A stretch of 64,000 nucleotides of DNA from Histomonas meleagridis 2922-C6/04-290x (taxonomy: Eukaryota; Protista; Parabasalia), in the NCBI GenBank assembly GCA_020184695.1, contig JAANOX010000205.1, positions 806,001 to 870,000 of the forward strand, written 5' to 3'. Shown one piece after another: positions 43,307 through 53,379 of this stretch; within the stretch, counting starts at the first letter, position 1; each line of letters starts with the position of its first letter. Made by a program: the position numbers and the translations under genes. Below the pieces are notes generated by a model, which searched no databases, was not told the DNA's origin, and saw only the letters and a list, made by a program, of their open reading frames with translations.

Positions 43307-44581
43307 ATGGCGGGAAAAGAAGTGATTTATAAAAAATCAAGCTTACAGCAGCAAGGAACCCTTTTCGAATCTGAGAGCACATCAAGCACTAACGCAGATG
43401 GTTTGGATACTTTTGTTTATAAGACTGATTTGATTTCAAAAATTCAATTTTTATTTCATTATCCAGAGATTCAAGAATATTTATCATCTCTTTCAGAGGC
43501 AAATGAAGAATTACAGAATATGAATTTATTACCATTTTTTCAAATTCTGCTTAAGATTCTTGAAGTTTCAAAAGATTTAAATGAACAATATAACATTCTA
43601 CTTTTATTAACTAATCTCACATACAATAGCATTGGCAATGAGGTCCTTAATAATCAAGATTGTTGCTCTTTATTTATTTCTTTTCTCTTAAATCCAGACC
43701 CAGAATTTATTAAACCAACAGCAAAGATAATTCTTAATTTACTAGATGAACAATTTTCATTTTATTGCATGCAACAAAATATTATTGAAATTATTTTTCA
43801 AAGAATTATTAATGAGGATATCTCTCTTCTCTATGAAATATTGGTTTCTCTCGCTAAACTCATTCCACATGATGAATTAATTCGTTTTTCGATTCTTTTT
43901 CCATTTTTAGTTTCTGTACCATGCGAACATTCGATTAAACTTTTTTCGCTTCTTATCCAAAATGTTGAATCTGAATATTTACTTCAAGCAAATCCTATTC
44001 CAAAATTACTTTCATTTCTCATTTCTGGTGATTATAAAGATATTCCATATGTTTTTATTTGTATCAATTGTATAATCGAAAATGACAAAGGTCAACTTAA
44101 TTTTGTCAATGCGGAATTTATTGATAACTTATGCCATTATTTAAGATTCTGTTCACAATATGCAATTCGTCCTCTTTGTGTTTTTATTGAGATCATTTAT
44201 GAAGACTATTGGAACTTAATATGTTTTTCAAATTTAATTCCAACATTAATTGAAATAGCAAATAACGGAGTGTTCCAACTCAAAAGAAAAATCGGGTTTT
44301 TGATTTCGAATTTTTTCTCGATGTGCTTGGAAAATGATTTATTAAATTATGGATGGATTCAAAATGCTTTCGCATTAATTATTGATACTATTGATTCATT
44401 TTCACCCATGAAAATTCAGATGACATTGAGTCGGATCAGTGAAGCATTCGATCATTGCTCAGCATTTATTGATATCGCACAAGAACTTGATTTTGATTCT
44501 GTTTTAGAAGATCTTTTGGAGTTAGAAGATGAGAGAATTAATGATTTGGTGTTTTTGATAAGAAACAACTACTTCCCTTAA
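43307..44581 (+). CDS. ARM-repeat (importin-alpha-like) hypothetical protein
   Basis: LLLLTNLTY and later ARM-like helices, ending in an acidic segment; ATG at 43307. Confidence 0.6.
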   Translation: MAGKEVIYKKSSLQQQGTLFESESTSSTNADGLDTFVYKTDLISKIQFLFHYPEIQEYLSSLSEANEELQNMNLLPFFQILLKILEVSKDLNEQYNILLLLTNLTYNSIGNEVLNNQDCCSLFISFLLNPDPEFIKPTAKIILNLLDEQFSFYCMQQNIIEIIFQRIINEDISLLYEILVSLAKLIPHDELIRFSILFPFLVSVPCEHSIKLFSLLIQNVESEYLLQANPIPKLLSFLISGDYKDIPYVFICINCIIENDKGQLNFVNAEFIDNLCHYLRFCSQYAIRPLCVFIEIIYEDYWNLICFSNLIPTLIEIANNGVFQLKRKIGFLISNFFSMCLENDLLNYGWIQNAFALIIDTIDSFSPMKIQMTLSRISEAFDHCSAFIDIAQELDFDSVLEDLLELEDERINDLVFLIRNNYFP

Positions 44582-44810
44582 GTGAACTTATTATCCAGTT
44601 ACCACAATCGAAATCAAATATATTCAATAAATCAAATACAAAATGTTTTTAGTAAAACGTTACAATTTAAAATTTCAGCAAATGTTACAAAAAGAGTTAA
44701 TGACATTAAATGTATTGTATCAAAGTGATCTTCATAAAGATTTGTAAGGAAAAGTTGAAATATTAAAAAGTGAAAATAAAGCTGCTTAATTCTTTACTGC
44801 TTTAAGTTGT

Positions 44811-45881
44811 TCAGAACTTTCCAAGGCGGTGGAAGATATCAGCGCAGCGGCAGCTGTACATCCATTCGTTATCGTACCATGAGAGGACCTTGACGAGTGA
44901 GCCACCATCTGGGTTTGGAAGGACCATTGTGGAGAGGCCATCAACAATTGATGAGTGTGGGTCATCAATGATATCGGATGAAACGAGTGGTTCCATTGAG
45001 AACTTCATGATTCCCTTAAGTTGTTCGGATTCGCAAGCCTTCTTGAGAACTTCGTTAACTTCTTCCTTTGTGACTTCCTTCTTAACATTCATTGTGACAT
45101 CGACGAGTGAGCCAGTGATTGTTGGAACACGGAGTGAGAGACCGTCCATGGACTTTGGTGGGAGTGCTTTGACAACACGTGGGAGGGCGATGGCAGCACC
45201 AGTGGATGTTGGGATGATGTTCATGCAGGCTGCACGTGCACGGCGGAGATCCTTGTGCATAACATCAGTAACGACTTGATCGTTTGTGTATGAGTGGACT
45301 GTGGTCATGAAACCGTTCTTGATGCCGAAGGCGTCATTGATTGTCTTAGCAACTGGGGCAAGGCAGTTGGTTGTGCATGAGGCGTTGGAGATGCACTTTG
45401 TTTCTGGTTTGAGATCTTCATCATTAACACCGAGAACAAGTGTGCATTCAATTTGGTCTTGGGATGGAACAGAAAGAACAACCTTCTTGGCACCAGCGAT
45501 GATGTGACCATCATAGCCATCCTTTGTAACCTTGCCATCTTCAACGACAGCCTTTGTACGGAAGATACCGGTGGATTCGAGAACAACATCAACACCTAAT
45601 TCCTTCCATGGGAGTTGGGATGGGTTAAGACGGCCACCAAGATTCTTGACGGTCCAGGCGTTTTCGCCTTCACCAACTTGGAATGTATCATCACCAGTGA
45701 TCTTGATTTCTTCTGGGAACTTTCTGTGGGCTGTATCGTATTTGAGAAGATGAACGTTTGTCTTCATGTCGCAAAGATCATGGATGGCAACAACTTGAAC
45801 TTCGTTTGGATAGAGAAGACGGCATGCACGGAAAACAAGACGTCCGATACGACCGAAACCATTAATGGCAACTTTCACCAT
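44811..45881 (-). CDS. GAPDH: Glyceraldehyde-3-phosphate dehydrogenase (parabasalid type)
   Basis: INGFGRIGR, catalytic SNASCTTNCLAP, TVHSYT, SWYDNEW; strong GC-ending codon bias of a highly expressed gene. Confidence 0.98.
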   Translation of the reverse strand: MVKVAINGFGRIGRLVFRACRLLYPNEVQVVAIHDLCDMKTNVHLLKYDTAHRKFPEEIKITGDDTFQVGEGENAWTVKNLGGRLNPSQLPWKELGVDVVLESTGIFRTKAVVEDGKVTKDGYDGHIIAGAKKVVLSVPSQDQIECTLVLGVNDEDLKPETKCISNASCTTNCLAPVAKTINDAFGIKNGFMTTVHSYTNDQVVTDVMHKDLRRARAACMNIIPTSTGAAIALPRVVKALPPKSMDGLSLRVPTITGSLVDVTMNVKKEVTKEEVNEVLKKACESEQLKGIMKFSMEPLVSSDIIDDPHSSIVDGLSTMVLPNPDGGSLVKVLSWYDNEWMYSCRCADIFHRLGKF

Positions 45882-45889
45882 TTCTGCAA

Positions 45890-45894
45890 AGTGA
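45890..45894 (-). promoter_or_regulatory. Initiator (Inr) TCACT of GAPDH
   Basis: TCACT on the minus strand, 8 nt upstream of the ATG. Confidence 0.7.
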
Positions 45895-46441
45895 AGCGAC
45901 CGTTGTTATCTGGCCACAGCATTCAAAAAATTCAATAGAAGTTTAACAATTAACTTAAATTAAGTGGTCGGGTGAAGAAGTTAACTTTTTGAATATAAGA
46001 CGAGAAATGGACGATAGATAATTCAGAGGACAATAAAAAAGAAAATTTTCTCCTCAGCTTTATTTCATTGCTGATTTATGTTTTCTCCTGCTTTTTGATA
46101 ATAAAATTAATATATAAGTTGAATTAATTCTGAATAATTATACAATATAATTTGTATTTCAATTTGAACTCAATCATTTTTTTAATAGTATTAGAACTTT
46201 TTTTTAAGGTTGATTATAATTTTTTTAAATATTTAGTAAATATAAGAAAAGAAGACAAATGAGCCAGTATAAAATCATAATCAATATAAATTTCAAATGT
46301 TAAATATATGCATAAAGCCCAATTGATTTCCTTCATTAAAGGTTAAGGTTTATCTTTCTATAATTTTAATGATGGCGTTTAAGGAGAAATCTTGAAAACA
46401 GCTTCTTTTTTGTCCAATTTGAGAAGGTTTGCTTGATATTA

Positions 46442-47212
46442 ATGAATACAAGCAGCCCAACAATCAAAAGATTACTTACTGAACTCAGAAATTTAGCTAA
46501 AGATCCTGATGAAAACCTCGTTGCTGGGCCAGTAGATGATAGTGATATATTAACATGGCATTTCACAATTAAAGGTCCTAAAGATACACCATTTGAAGGC
46601 GGTATTTATCATGGAAAAATTATATTTCCAAACGCATATCCAATGGAACCACCTGATATTATTTTTTTGACTCCCAATGGAAGATTTGAAACGAATGTAA
46701 AAATTTGTTTGACTGTTACATCATATCACCCTGATTGTTGGCAACCAGCATGGGATGTAAGAACAGTTTTGACTTCTGTTATAGCCTTCATGCCAACTGA
46801 AGGGGAAGGAGCTATTGGATCATTAAATGATGATGATGAAAAAAGAAGAAATTATGCCATACAAAGCAGAACGTGGAAGTGTCCTCAGTGCAATTACACA
46901 ATAGAACCGGATCCGCTTCCAAATCTCAAAAATACAGAAGAAGAAAATTCAGAAGAAATTAAAGAAGAAGTGCCAACACAAGAAGAGGAGGAAGAAGAAA
47001 GCAATCAAAAAGATGATATTCCTAAGCAAGAGGAAAATGAAAATGAGGATGAACAATTGGAAAATGTTGAGCCTAGTATGATTGTTTCAATTCCTTATGA
47101 TGAGGTAAAAAAGTCGATGTACCGTCATAATTACGAATTTGCGCCATTTATTGATATTCCGATAATAATTTGTGTAATCTTTTTGATCAATTTCTTCTTC
47201 TTTAAAAAATAA
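46442..47212 (+). CDS. UBC6: Ubiquitin-conjugating enzyme E2, Ubc6/UBE2J type, tail-anchored
   Basis: PNGRFETNVKICLTVTSYHPDCWQPAW; acidic linker; C-terminal TM. Confidence 0.87.
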   Translation: MNTSSPTIKRLLTELRNLAKDPDENLVAGPVDDSDILTWHFTIKGPKDTPFEGGIYHGKIIFPNAYPMEPPDIIFLTPNGRFETNVKICLTVTSYHPDCWQPAWDVRTVLTSVIAFMPTEGEGAIGSLNDDDEKRRNYAIQSRTWKCPQCNYTIEPDPLPNLKNTEEENSEEIKEEVPTQEEEEEESNQKDDIPKQEENENEDEQLENVEPSMIVSIPYDEVKKSMYRHNYEFAPFIDIPIIICVIFLINFFFFKK

Positions 47213-47569
47213 ATTGTTTTCTATAGAAAAATTTAACTGAAATATTTTTTATTTTCTATGGAATGTAGTAGAGCTCTAAGATAGTTATCAAAATGTTTGG
47301 ACTTTACTTCAATAGAAAATTTACATAATCTTATGTAAAAAGATAAAAAGAAGATTTTATGATGCAAGTAAAATCCTTTCTTTAACATAATCAAAACGCC
47401 TTTTAAACTATCTAAAATATAACAAACACAATAAATAATACATGTTCAACTCCAAAGAATTTAATTTGTTATTTGAGAGTTAAACGGCTGAAAATAATTC
47501 AGTTTTGAACGCTTATTTAGCCAAGCCGGATTTTACAATTCGGAGAACGTTAAGATCTTGCCCAAGCAA

Positions 47570-48541
47570 ATGGGAATTGAAGGCTCTATTGCATCTCACA
47601 TAAAACCATTGGCAATTCTTGGTGTCGCTCCTGAAAACATCAAGGCCATGGCATGTAATGACAAAGCGTTATTGATAATTTCAAATTCAAAGACAATTGA
47701 ACTTCGGAAATACAATAATGAAACACTCACAAAGATTTTATCACTTAACCCAACTTGCTGTTGTTCTACAGAACGAGGGTGGGCAATTGGTTTTACTAAT
47801 GGACAACTTTCTGAGTTTGATTCCGATTTAAATTTAATTATATCTTATCGAATTCCTGGTCGTTCACATGCACATGATGGAGAAATAAAACAAATTCAAG
47901 AAAATAGTGATTTTACTGGCAAAAGCGAAAGTTATTTAATGTCATATGGTTCAGATAATACCATAAATTTATGGAGTAAAAATGGAAAACACCTATTTAG
48001 CTTCACCCCCAAATTTAACATTACAGCTGTTTGCACCTCACCATTTTATGTCTTTCTTTCGGATGATCATAATCAAATCCATACAATTAACATCGAAACG
48101 CATGACATTGCTACCTATACAATTCCCAATTATGCCAAGTCTATTATTCCTCTTGGAGATGGCTTCTCTAGTCTTGCTGTTCTCAGCGATGGATCTGTAA
48201 CAATTTTATCTTCACGCGAACTTGTCTCAACATTTAACATTCCCATCACAGAAGGAATTGTTTATGCTCTTCCTCTTGTTGTTGAATACGGTACTGGCCT
48301 CATTACGTATTTGACGATGAACAAAGACGGAAAAGTTGTGTTGCGCGCGCTCGAAGTCGAAATTGGAGAAATCGGCAAAAACGAATCAGTGTTCGCTGAC
48401 TCAGTGACACATACCATTGTACTTAAGGATGGACTCATTAACGCTTATTTGCGTGATGACTTGGAAACGTTGTCAATGCAATACCTCCCTGAAATGAATC
48501 TGCCAAGAGAAAGAATCGCTAAGTTCCTAATGCGCCAATGA
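47570..48541 (+). CDS. WD40/beta-propeller hypothetical protein
   Basis: HAHDGEIKQI...MSYGSDNTINLWS WD repeat; beta-rich sequence. Confidence 0.65.
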   Translation: MGIEGSIASHIKPLAILGVAPENIKAMACNDKALLIISNSKTIELRKYNNETLTKILSLNPTCCCSTERGWAIGFTNGQLSEFDSDLNLIISYRIPGRSHAHDGEIKQIQENSDFTGKSESYLMSYGSDNTINLWSKNGKHLFSFTPKFNITAVCTSPFYVFLSDDHNQIHTINIETHDIATYTIPNYAKSIIPLGDGFSSLAVLSDGSVTILSSRELVSTFNIPITEGIVYALPLVVEYGTGLITYLTMNKDGKVVLRALEVEIGEIGKNESVFADSVTHTIVLKDGLINAYLRDDLETLSMQYLPEMNLPRERIAKFLMRQ

Positions 48542-48753
48542 ATAAACAATTATTGTAATAACTTTGGAATAAATAATAATATAAACCTTGAGTTGCAAAA
48601 GGAAAATTAGAAGTAAAAATGATCAAAAAAAATTCTTAATAAAATGATTTTTATTAAAGAGTAACTAAAAAGTCTTTAATTAAATATGAACTTTCATCTA
48701 TATTCATTATCCTATATCCTAATGGATGGAATGGATGGGCTTCATGTAATTTA

Positions 48754-49011
48754 TTATTTGAATATAAATAGTTTCAAAACTATGGTATTGAGAAAAAGCA
48801 AAAAAATATTTTTTACCCATTTTGTAACATAAATTTTGATATGACTTGAATAAGAGAACTCTTTTGAAGCAAAATTACAAATTTTAGTTACAGTTTCAGG
48901 TAAAATTAAGTTGGCCAAATTCTTACATTTGTGGAAAACTGAGTCTTTCATTCTATCAATCGAATTTGGAAGTGCAACATTCCTATGAATTTTACATATT
49001 AAAAATTTCAA
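48754..49011 (-). pseudogene. BspA-like (LRR_5/TpLRR) fragment
   Basis: VALPNSIDRMKDSVFHKCKNLANLILPETVTKI: about 1.5 TpLRR units, no ATG start, degenerate flanks. Confidence 0.6.
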
Positions 49012-49099
49012 ATATGTGTAAATATAAGTGTGTTCAATACATTTATAAAATTCCTAACAAAGTTAAAGATGTGTTTACTTAATTTTTGATGATTTCTTG

Positions 49100-49704
49100 T
49101 CAAGACAAAAAACATTTGTTGTTATTTCCATTTGATTTTGGGTCTTGGAATGTTTGTTGTTCATCAACAGTTTCAACTTCAGAAATTTTTGTAATTAATG
49201 CTTCGAATGCTTCATAAACATTTATGTTTTCGCGAGATGAAACTTCATAGAAAATAAGGTTCTCTTTTTTGCTGAGTTCAATTCCTTCATTTGTTGGCAC
49301 TGCTCTCAATTCATCAAGATCACATTTTGATCCTATAAGTAGTATGAAGACATTCTCATTACATTTTTCATGGATTTCATTTAGCCACATTGGAATAGCC
49401 ACAAATGTTTTCCAACTGCTAATATCGTATACAGAAGAAATACTCCTTTTGCTCCTCTATAATAAGCTTTGGTAACATATGTATAACGTGTGGGACTAAC
49501 GATATCCCAAATCTGTGCTTTAACAGTTTTACCTTTAGTTTCTACTAATTTTGTTTCAAAAGTATTAAAAGCGTATGCTATTCTTGTATCCAAGAATTCA
49601 TCTTCAGCAATATAGTATAAAAATGTGTTTTTACCTACACCACGTTCTCCACAAATAACAATTTTCCATATGCAGTCTGGATCTTTTTTCTTTTCCATTT
49701 TCAT
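49100..49704 (-). pseudogene. Rab11-like GTPase with a frameshift and divergent G-motifs
   Basis: GERGVGKNT, WDIVSPTRY and YYRGAKG in one frame; IGSKCDL, FYEVSS and terminal CFLS in another. An extra 2 nt at about 49433-49434 joins them. Confidence 0.75.
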
Positions 49705-50391
49705 GTGGATCCCATAGAAAAACAACCTGAAAATTTCATTGATCATCTTTGTCTTTTTCAAAGTTCTTGGAGTAATGAGCTCTTAAATTAATTCATTTCC
49801 TCTATTCTAAATTATAATTGTTAGAAGTCATAAGAAAAAAAAGTTACTTCAAAAAAAAAAAAAAATGAATTCAATGAAAAGGCCTTCAAATGTATGTTAG
49901 ACATTTGCAATCAGAAAATGCATAACTACAAATTTTAGTTACACTTATGGAAAATAAATTTTTCTTCACTATGATTTGAATAAAGACATGAGCATCCACA
50001 AAAAGCACCAAGTCCAATACGTTTTGTTCTTTGAGGAAAAACATTCTAAGAAACCTTTATATCATAGTCATTCTAATCATTGTCACAAAAATATTTTTTT
50101 TTGCTTAAATTTAATAGAATTATTTTTGAAGAGCAAAGTCTCCAAATTTTTTGTGAAATCTGGTTAAATAAATGAAATTAAGTATGAGCATTTTTTTTTT
50201 GATTTTATCATGATTGTGATAGTGTGATTCTTTCCATATTAGAAAATTAAATTATACCAACAAGACAAAAAATGCATCTAACCTTTAGGATGTGTCTCAA
50301 TCGTTCAAAACATTATAATTCATTAAAAAAATGATGATAATTATTTTTCTTCATTATAAAAATATTTCATGTCACATTTCGCCTCTTCTGG

Positions 50392-51387
50392 ATGAAGGCA
50401 ACATGTGTTGCACACCCGAACATAGCCCTCATTAAGTATTGGGGAAAATCAGATGAAAAACTAATAACGCCAATTCATGGTTCTTTATCTCTTACAATAG
50501 ATGTTGGTGAAACTAAAACAATAGCCCAATTTTCAGATAAAGATTCGTTTATATTAAATGGTAAACCAGCTCAAATCACATCTCGTCTTCAATTTGCACT
50601 TGACTTCTTTCGAAAATACACAAATAATAATCATTTTTTAGTTCAGTCCACAAATAACTTTCCAACTGCAGCTGGTTTTGCATCTTCAGCCTCTGGTGCA
50701 GCTGCTTTTGTAGGTGCACTTGCTGGGCTTGTTTCACAGAGCGAAGATCCAATTTCGTATTGGAGTACCAAAAACGTAAATTTATCCATAATTTCTCGAC
50801 AAGTTTCAGGAAGTGGTTGTCGCTCTATCTATGGTGGCTTTGTTGAGTGGCTTCCAGGTGATAGTGATCATTCATTTTCTCGGCAACTTTTTCCATCAAA
50901 TCATTGGAATGATTTTTGCGTTATAAGTGTCACTCTTAAACAAGAAGCAAAGAGTATTTCGTCTACTTCTGGGATGCAACAAACGTGCCAAACAGTTCCG
51001 TGGATGAGATGGCGTGCTGAAAATGTTGTTCCCGAAAGGATCAAAAGTGCCATCGAATACATCAAAGATAAAAATTTCGAAAAACTTGCGCCAATTATCA
51101 TGCAGGAGAGTAATGAGCTCCATGCAAATTGTGCAGCAACATTTCCACCAATTCATTATCTTAATGATAATTCGTATAAAGTTATTGACGCTATTCATAA
51201 AATTAATGAGTCATTTGGGAAATACGTCGCTGCATATTCATTCGATGCAGGACCAAACCCATTTGTGTTCACATTAGAACAATTTGTGAATGTTGTGAAA
51301 GATGCTTTGCTGGAATTAGATTGTGTAAATCCAGAAAAAATAATCATTTGTCACCAGAGCTCTGGTATTAGAGTAAAATTAGAATAA
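50392..51387 (+). CDS. MVD: Diphosphomevalonate decarboxylase
   Basis: HPNIALIKYWGK, NNFPTAAGFASSASG, SGSGCRSIYGGFVEW, FDAGPN. Confidence 0.95.
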   Translation: MKATCVAHPNIALIKYWGKSDEKLITPIHGSLSLTIDVGETKTIAQFSDKDSFILNGKPAQITSRLQFALDFFRKYTNNNHFLVQSTNNFPTAAGFASSASGAAAFVGALAGLVSQSEDPISYWSTKNVNLSIISRQVSGSGCRSIYGGFVEWLPGDSDHSFSRQLFPSNHWNDFCVISVTLKQEAKSISSTSGMQQTCQTVPWMRWRAENVVPERIKSAIEYIKDKNFEKLAPIIMQESNELHANCAATFPPIHYLNDNSYKVIDAIHKINESFGKYVAAYSFDAGPNPFVFTLEQFVNVVKDALLELDCVNPEKIIICHQSSGIRVKLE

Positions 51388-52012
51388 AATTGTTAATTTT
51401 CTTTACTTATTTTATGCAAATATTTGCAATGATTTTGCAATTGTATTTTGGTTTCGAAAATTATATGCACTTGTTATACTCAAACAAGGATTTGTTTTTA
51501 TTATTTTTTTATGAGTAATTTATGGATTTTAATAGAAAATGCTTCAAAACATTAATAAGTGTTGCCTTATGTAATGTGAGATTTATTCCATGGTGATCAT
51601 GAAAAAAATGCGCTTTTACAAAAAAATTCAAATTAAGTAAGATAAAATTATATGAAATATTAAATTTTTAATAAAAACAAATAAAAGTTTTAGACATTAA
51701 TACCTGGAAGAAATTTCTCTGTTTGATCAAGCATTAATTTTAGATTGGTTGTGAGGAAGTTTTTTCAAATAAAATGAGTCGCCACTTTTCTGAATTTTCT
51801 TTCCAATTCCTTATAAAAATTGATAGAAACAGTTTTTAATATGGGTAAATGTGTTTCAAAGCATTGTAATCCCGTGAACAAATTTTATATTCTTTGAATC
51901 AAAACAATGTGGAAGTATCTGCTGATTCAGCTTTGAAGCTATTTGATTACAATTCTCAAATTCATTTTATGTTATTCTTAGTCAATTAATTTATTCTGCA
52001 CTTGTTTGTCAA

Positions 52013-52335
52013 ATGAAAGAACTTAAAAATTATATTTCTTTTATTATTACAATTGAAGCTAATGGGGAAAGTAATCAAAAATTAATTGATATTTTCACAA
52101 ACCTTCTTTTATCCTTTGGTAAAATTGATCGGGAACCATATTTTATTCTCAAAAAAATGATTGTATTAAAAGCAATTGATGTTAATGCTAAAAATGAAAT
52201 TTATTTTAATAATTTGATATTTCAAAAATAATATTTGGAAATTATTTAAATTATTTAATACATCACTTATTTTGGCATCTCAAAATGGTCATACAGAAAT
52301 CTTTAAATTACTTCTTGATCGTTCGCAATTTTAGA
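52013..52335 (+). pseudogene. Ankyrin-repeat gene relic
   Basis: NLLLSFGKID and AIDVNAKNE in one frame; TSLILASQNGHTEIFKLLLDR (52260 onward) in another frame. Confidence 0.65.
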
Positions 52336-53379
52336 ATAAAACATGCTCAAGAAACCGTGGTATTGAATCATATTCGGAAAAATAGAGAAATCAACATCAT
52401 TACATAGAATGTACAATAAATTGAAAAATGTAATATATTCGAAATTTGAAAGCACACGAGTAATATGAAATAAAAGGAATCGATGAATGTATCTCAAGTC
52501 AGTATTTTGAAGATAATTTGCAAATTGCATTTGTATAAATATTTATTCAATAAAATTGAACATTTTGCTATAATAAGAAAATAAAAATAAATAAATAAAA
52601 TCATCAAATAAATTCAATGATCAAGAATCGTTTTGTTCAGAAAAAAATATTTAGTTTGTACCAAGATATTTCTAGAATGGACTCATACAGAAACTATTTT
52701 ATTGATCATAAATTATTAATCAGGTTAAATAAGTACATCATTAAGGTATTACGAAAATTATCACATCATTCATTTTTTCAATAAAATTCATAAATTCAAT
52801 AAAATCAAGATTCCATATAATCATTCGAAATAAATAACAAATAACGATTCTATGAAAAAAAGATAAAATTTTTGTTTCTTAACAACCCTAGAATCATTTA
52901 ATTTGGCTGTTGACAAATTACAATGATGTAAATAAATAACGTATCTTTTCGAGGAAATAGTAAAATTTTGATAATATTTACCATCATTCAAATTCGCTCC
53001 TATCGTCACTTATCATTGTTGCTATCGTTTGATATAAACCATGCAAAAGTCGATTATTGTCACTTTTTGGAATGAAAGAATAAATTTATCTCGTGCTAAT
53101 CGTGATATTATTCTTAGATTTATATTAATCATAGATGTAACTATGTATATATATTATATGTTCATAATATCAAGATCGTAGGATGATCGCTATATACGAT
53201 GGGTGGAAATCGCAAGTCGAGTTTAATATATAGTAATTTGTATCGTATTATCAGTTTCGCACTTTTCCGTAACGTTATAAAATTCGTTATTCAAATTTCA
53301 CTTTTTATTCATATCGTTTGCTATCGTCCACTACAAACAATTATTTACTTCATAACTATTATTATTTACTTTATAAATT

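Noticed and set aside
44890-45938. Several antisense or alternate-frame ORFs over GAPDH (129, 73, 96, 73 and 107 aa)
   Set aside because: They are shadows of the strong codon bias of a highly expressed gene and carry no motifs.
47515-47560. tRNA-like D-loop word TAGCCAAGCCGG
   Set aside because: There is no T-arm GTTCGA, no acceptor stem and no cloverleaf.
49805-49819. 15-nt match to the array unit (TTCTAAATTATAATT), and a 12-nt match at 47533-47544
   Set aside because: These are short, very AT-rich words that are plausible by chance in this composition.
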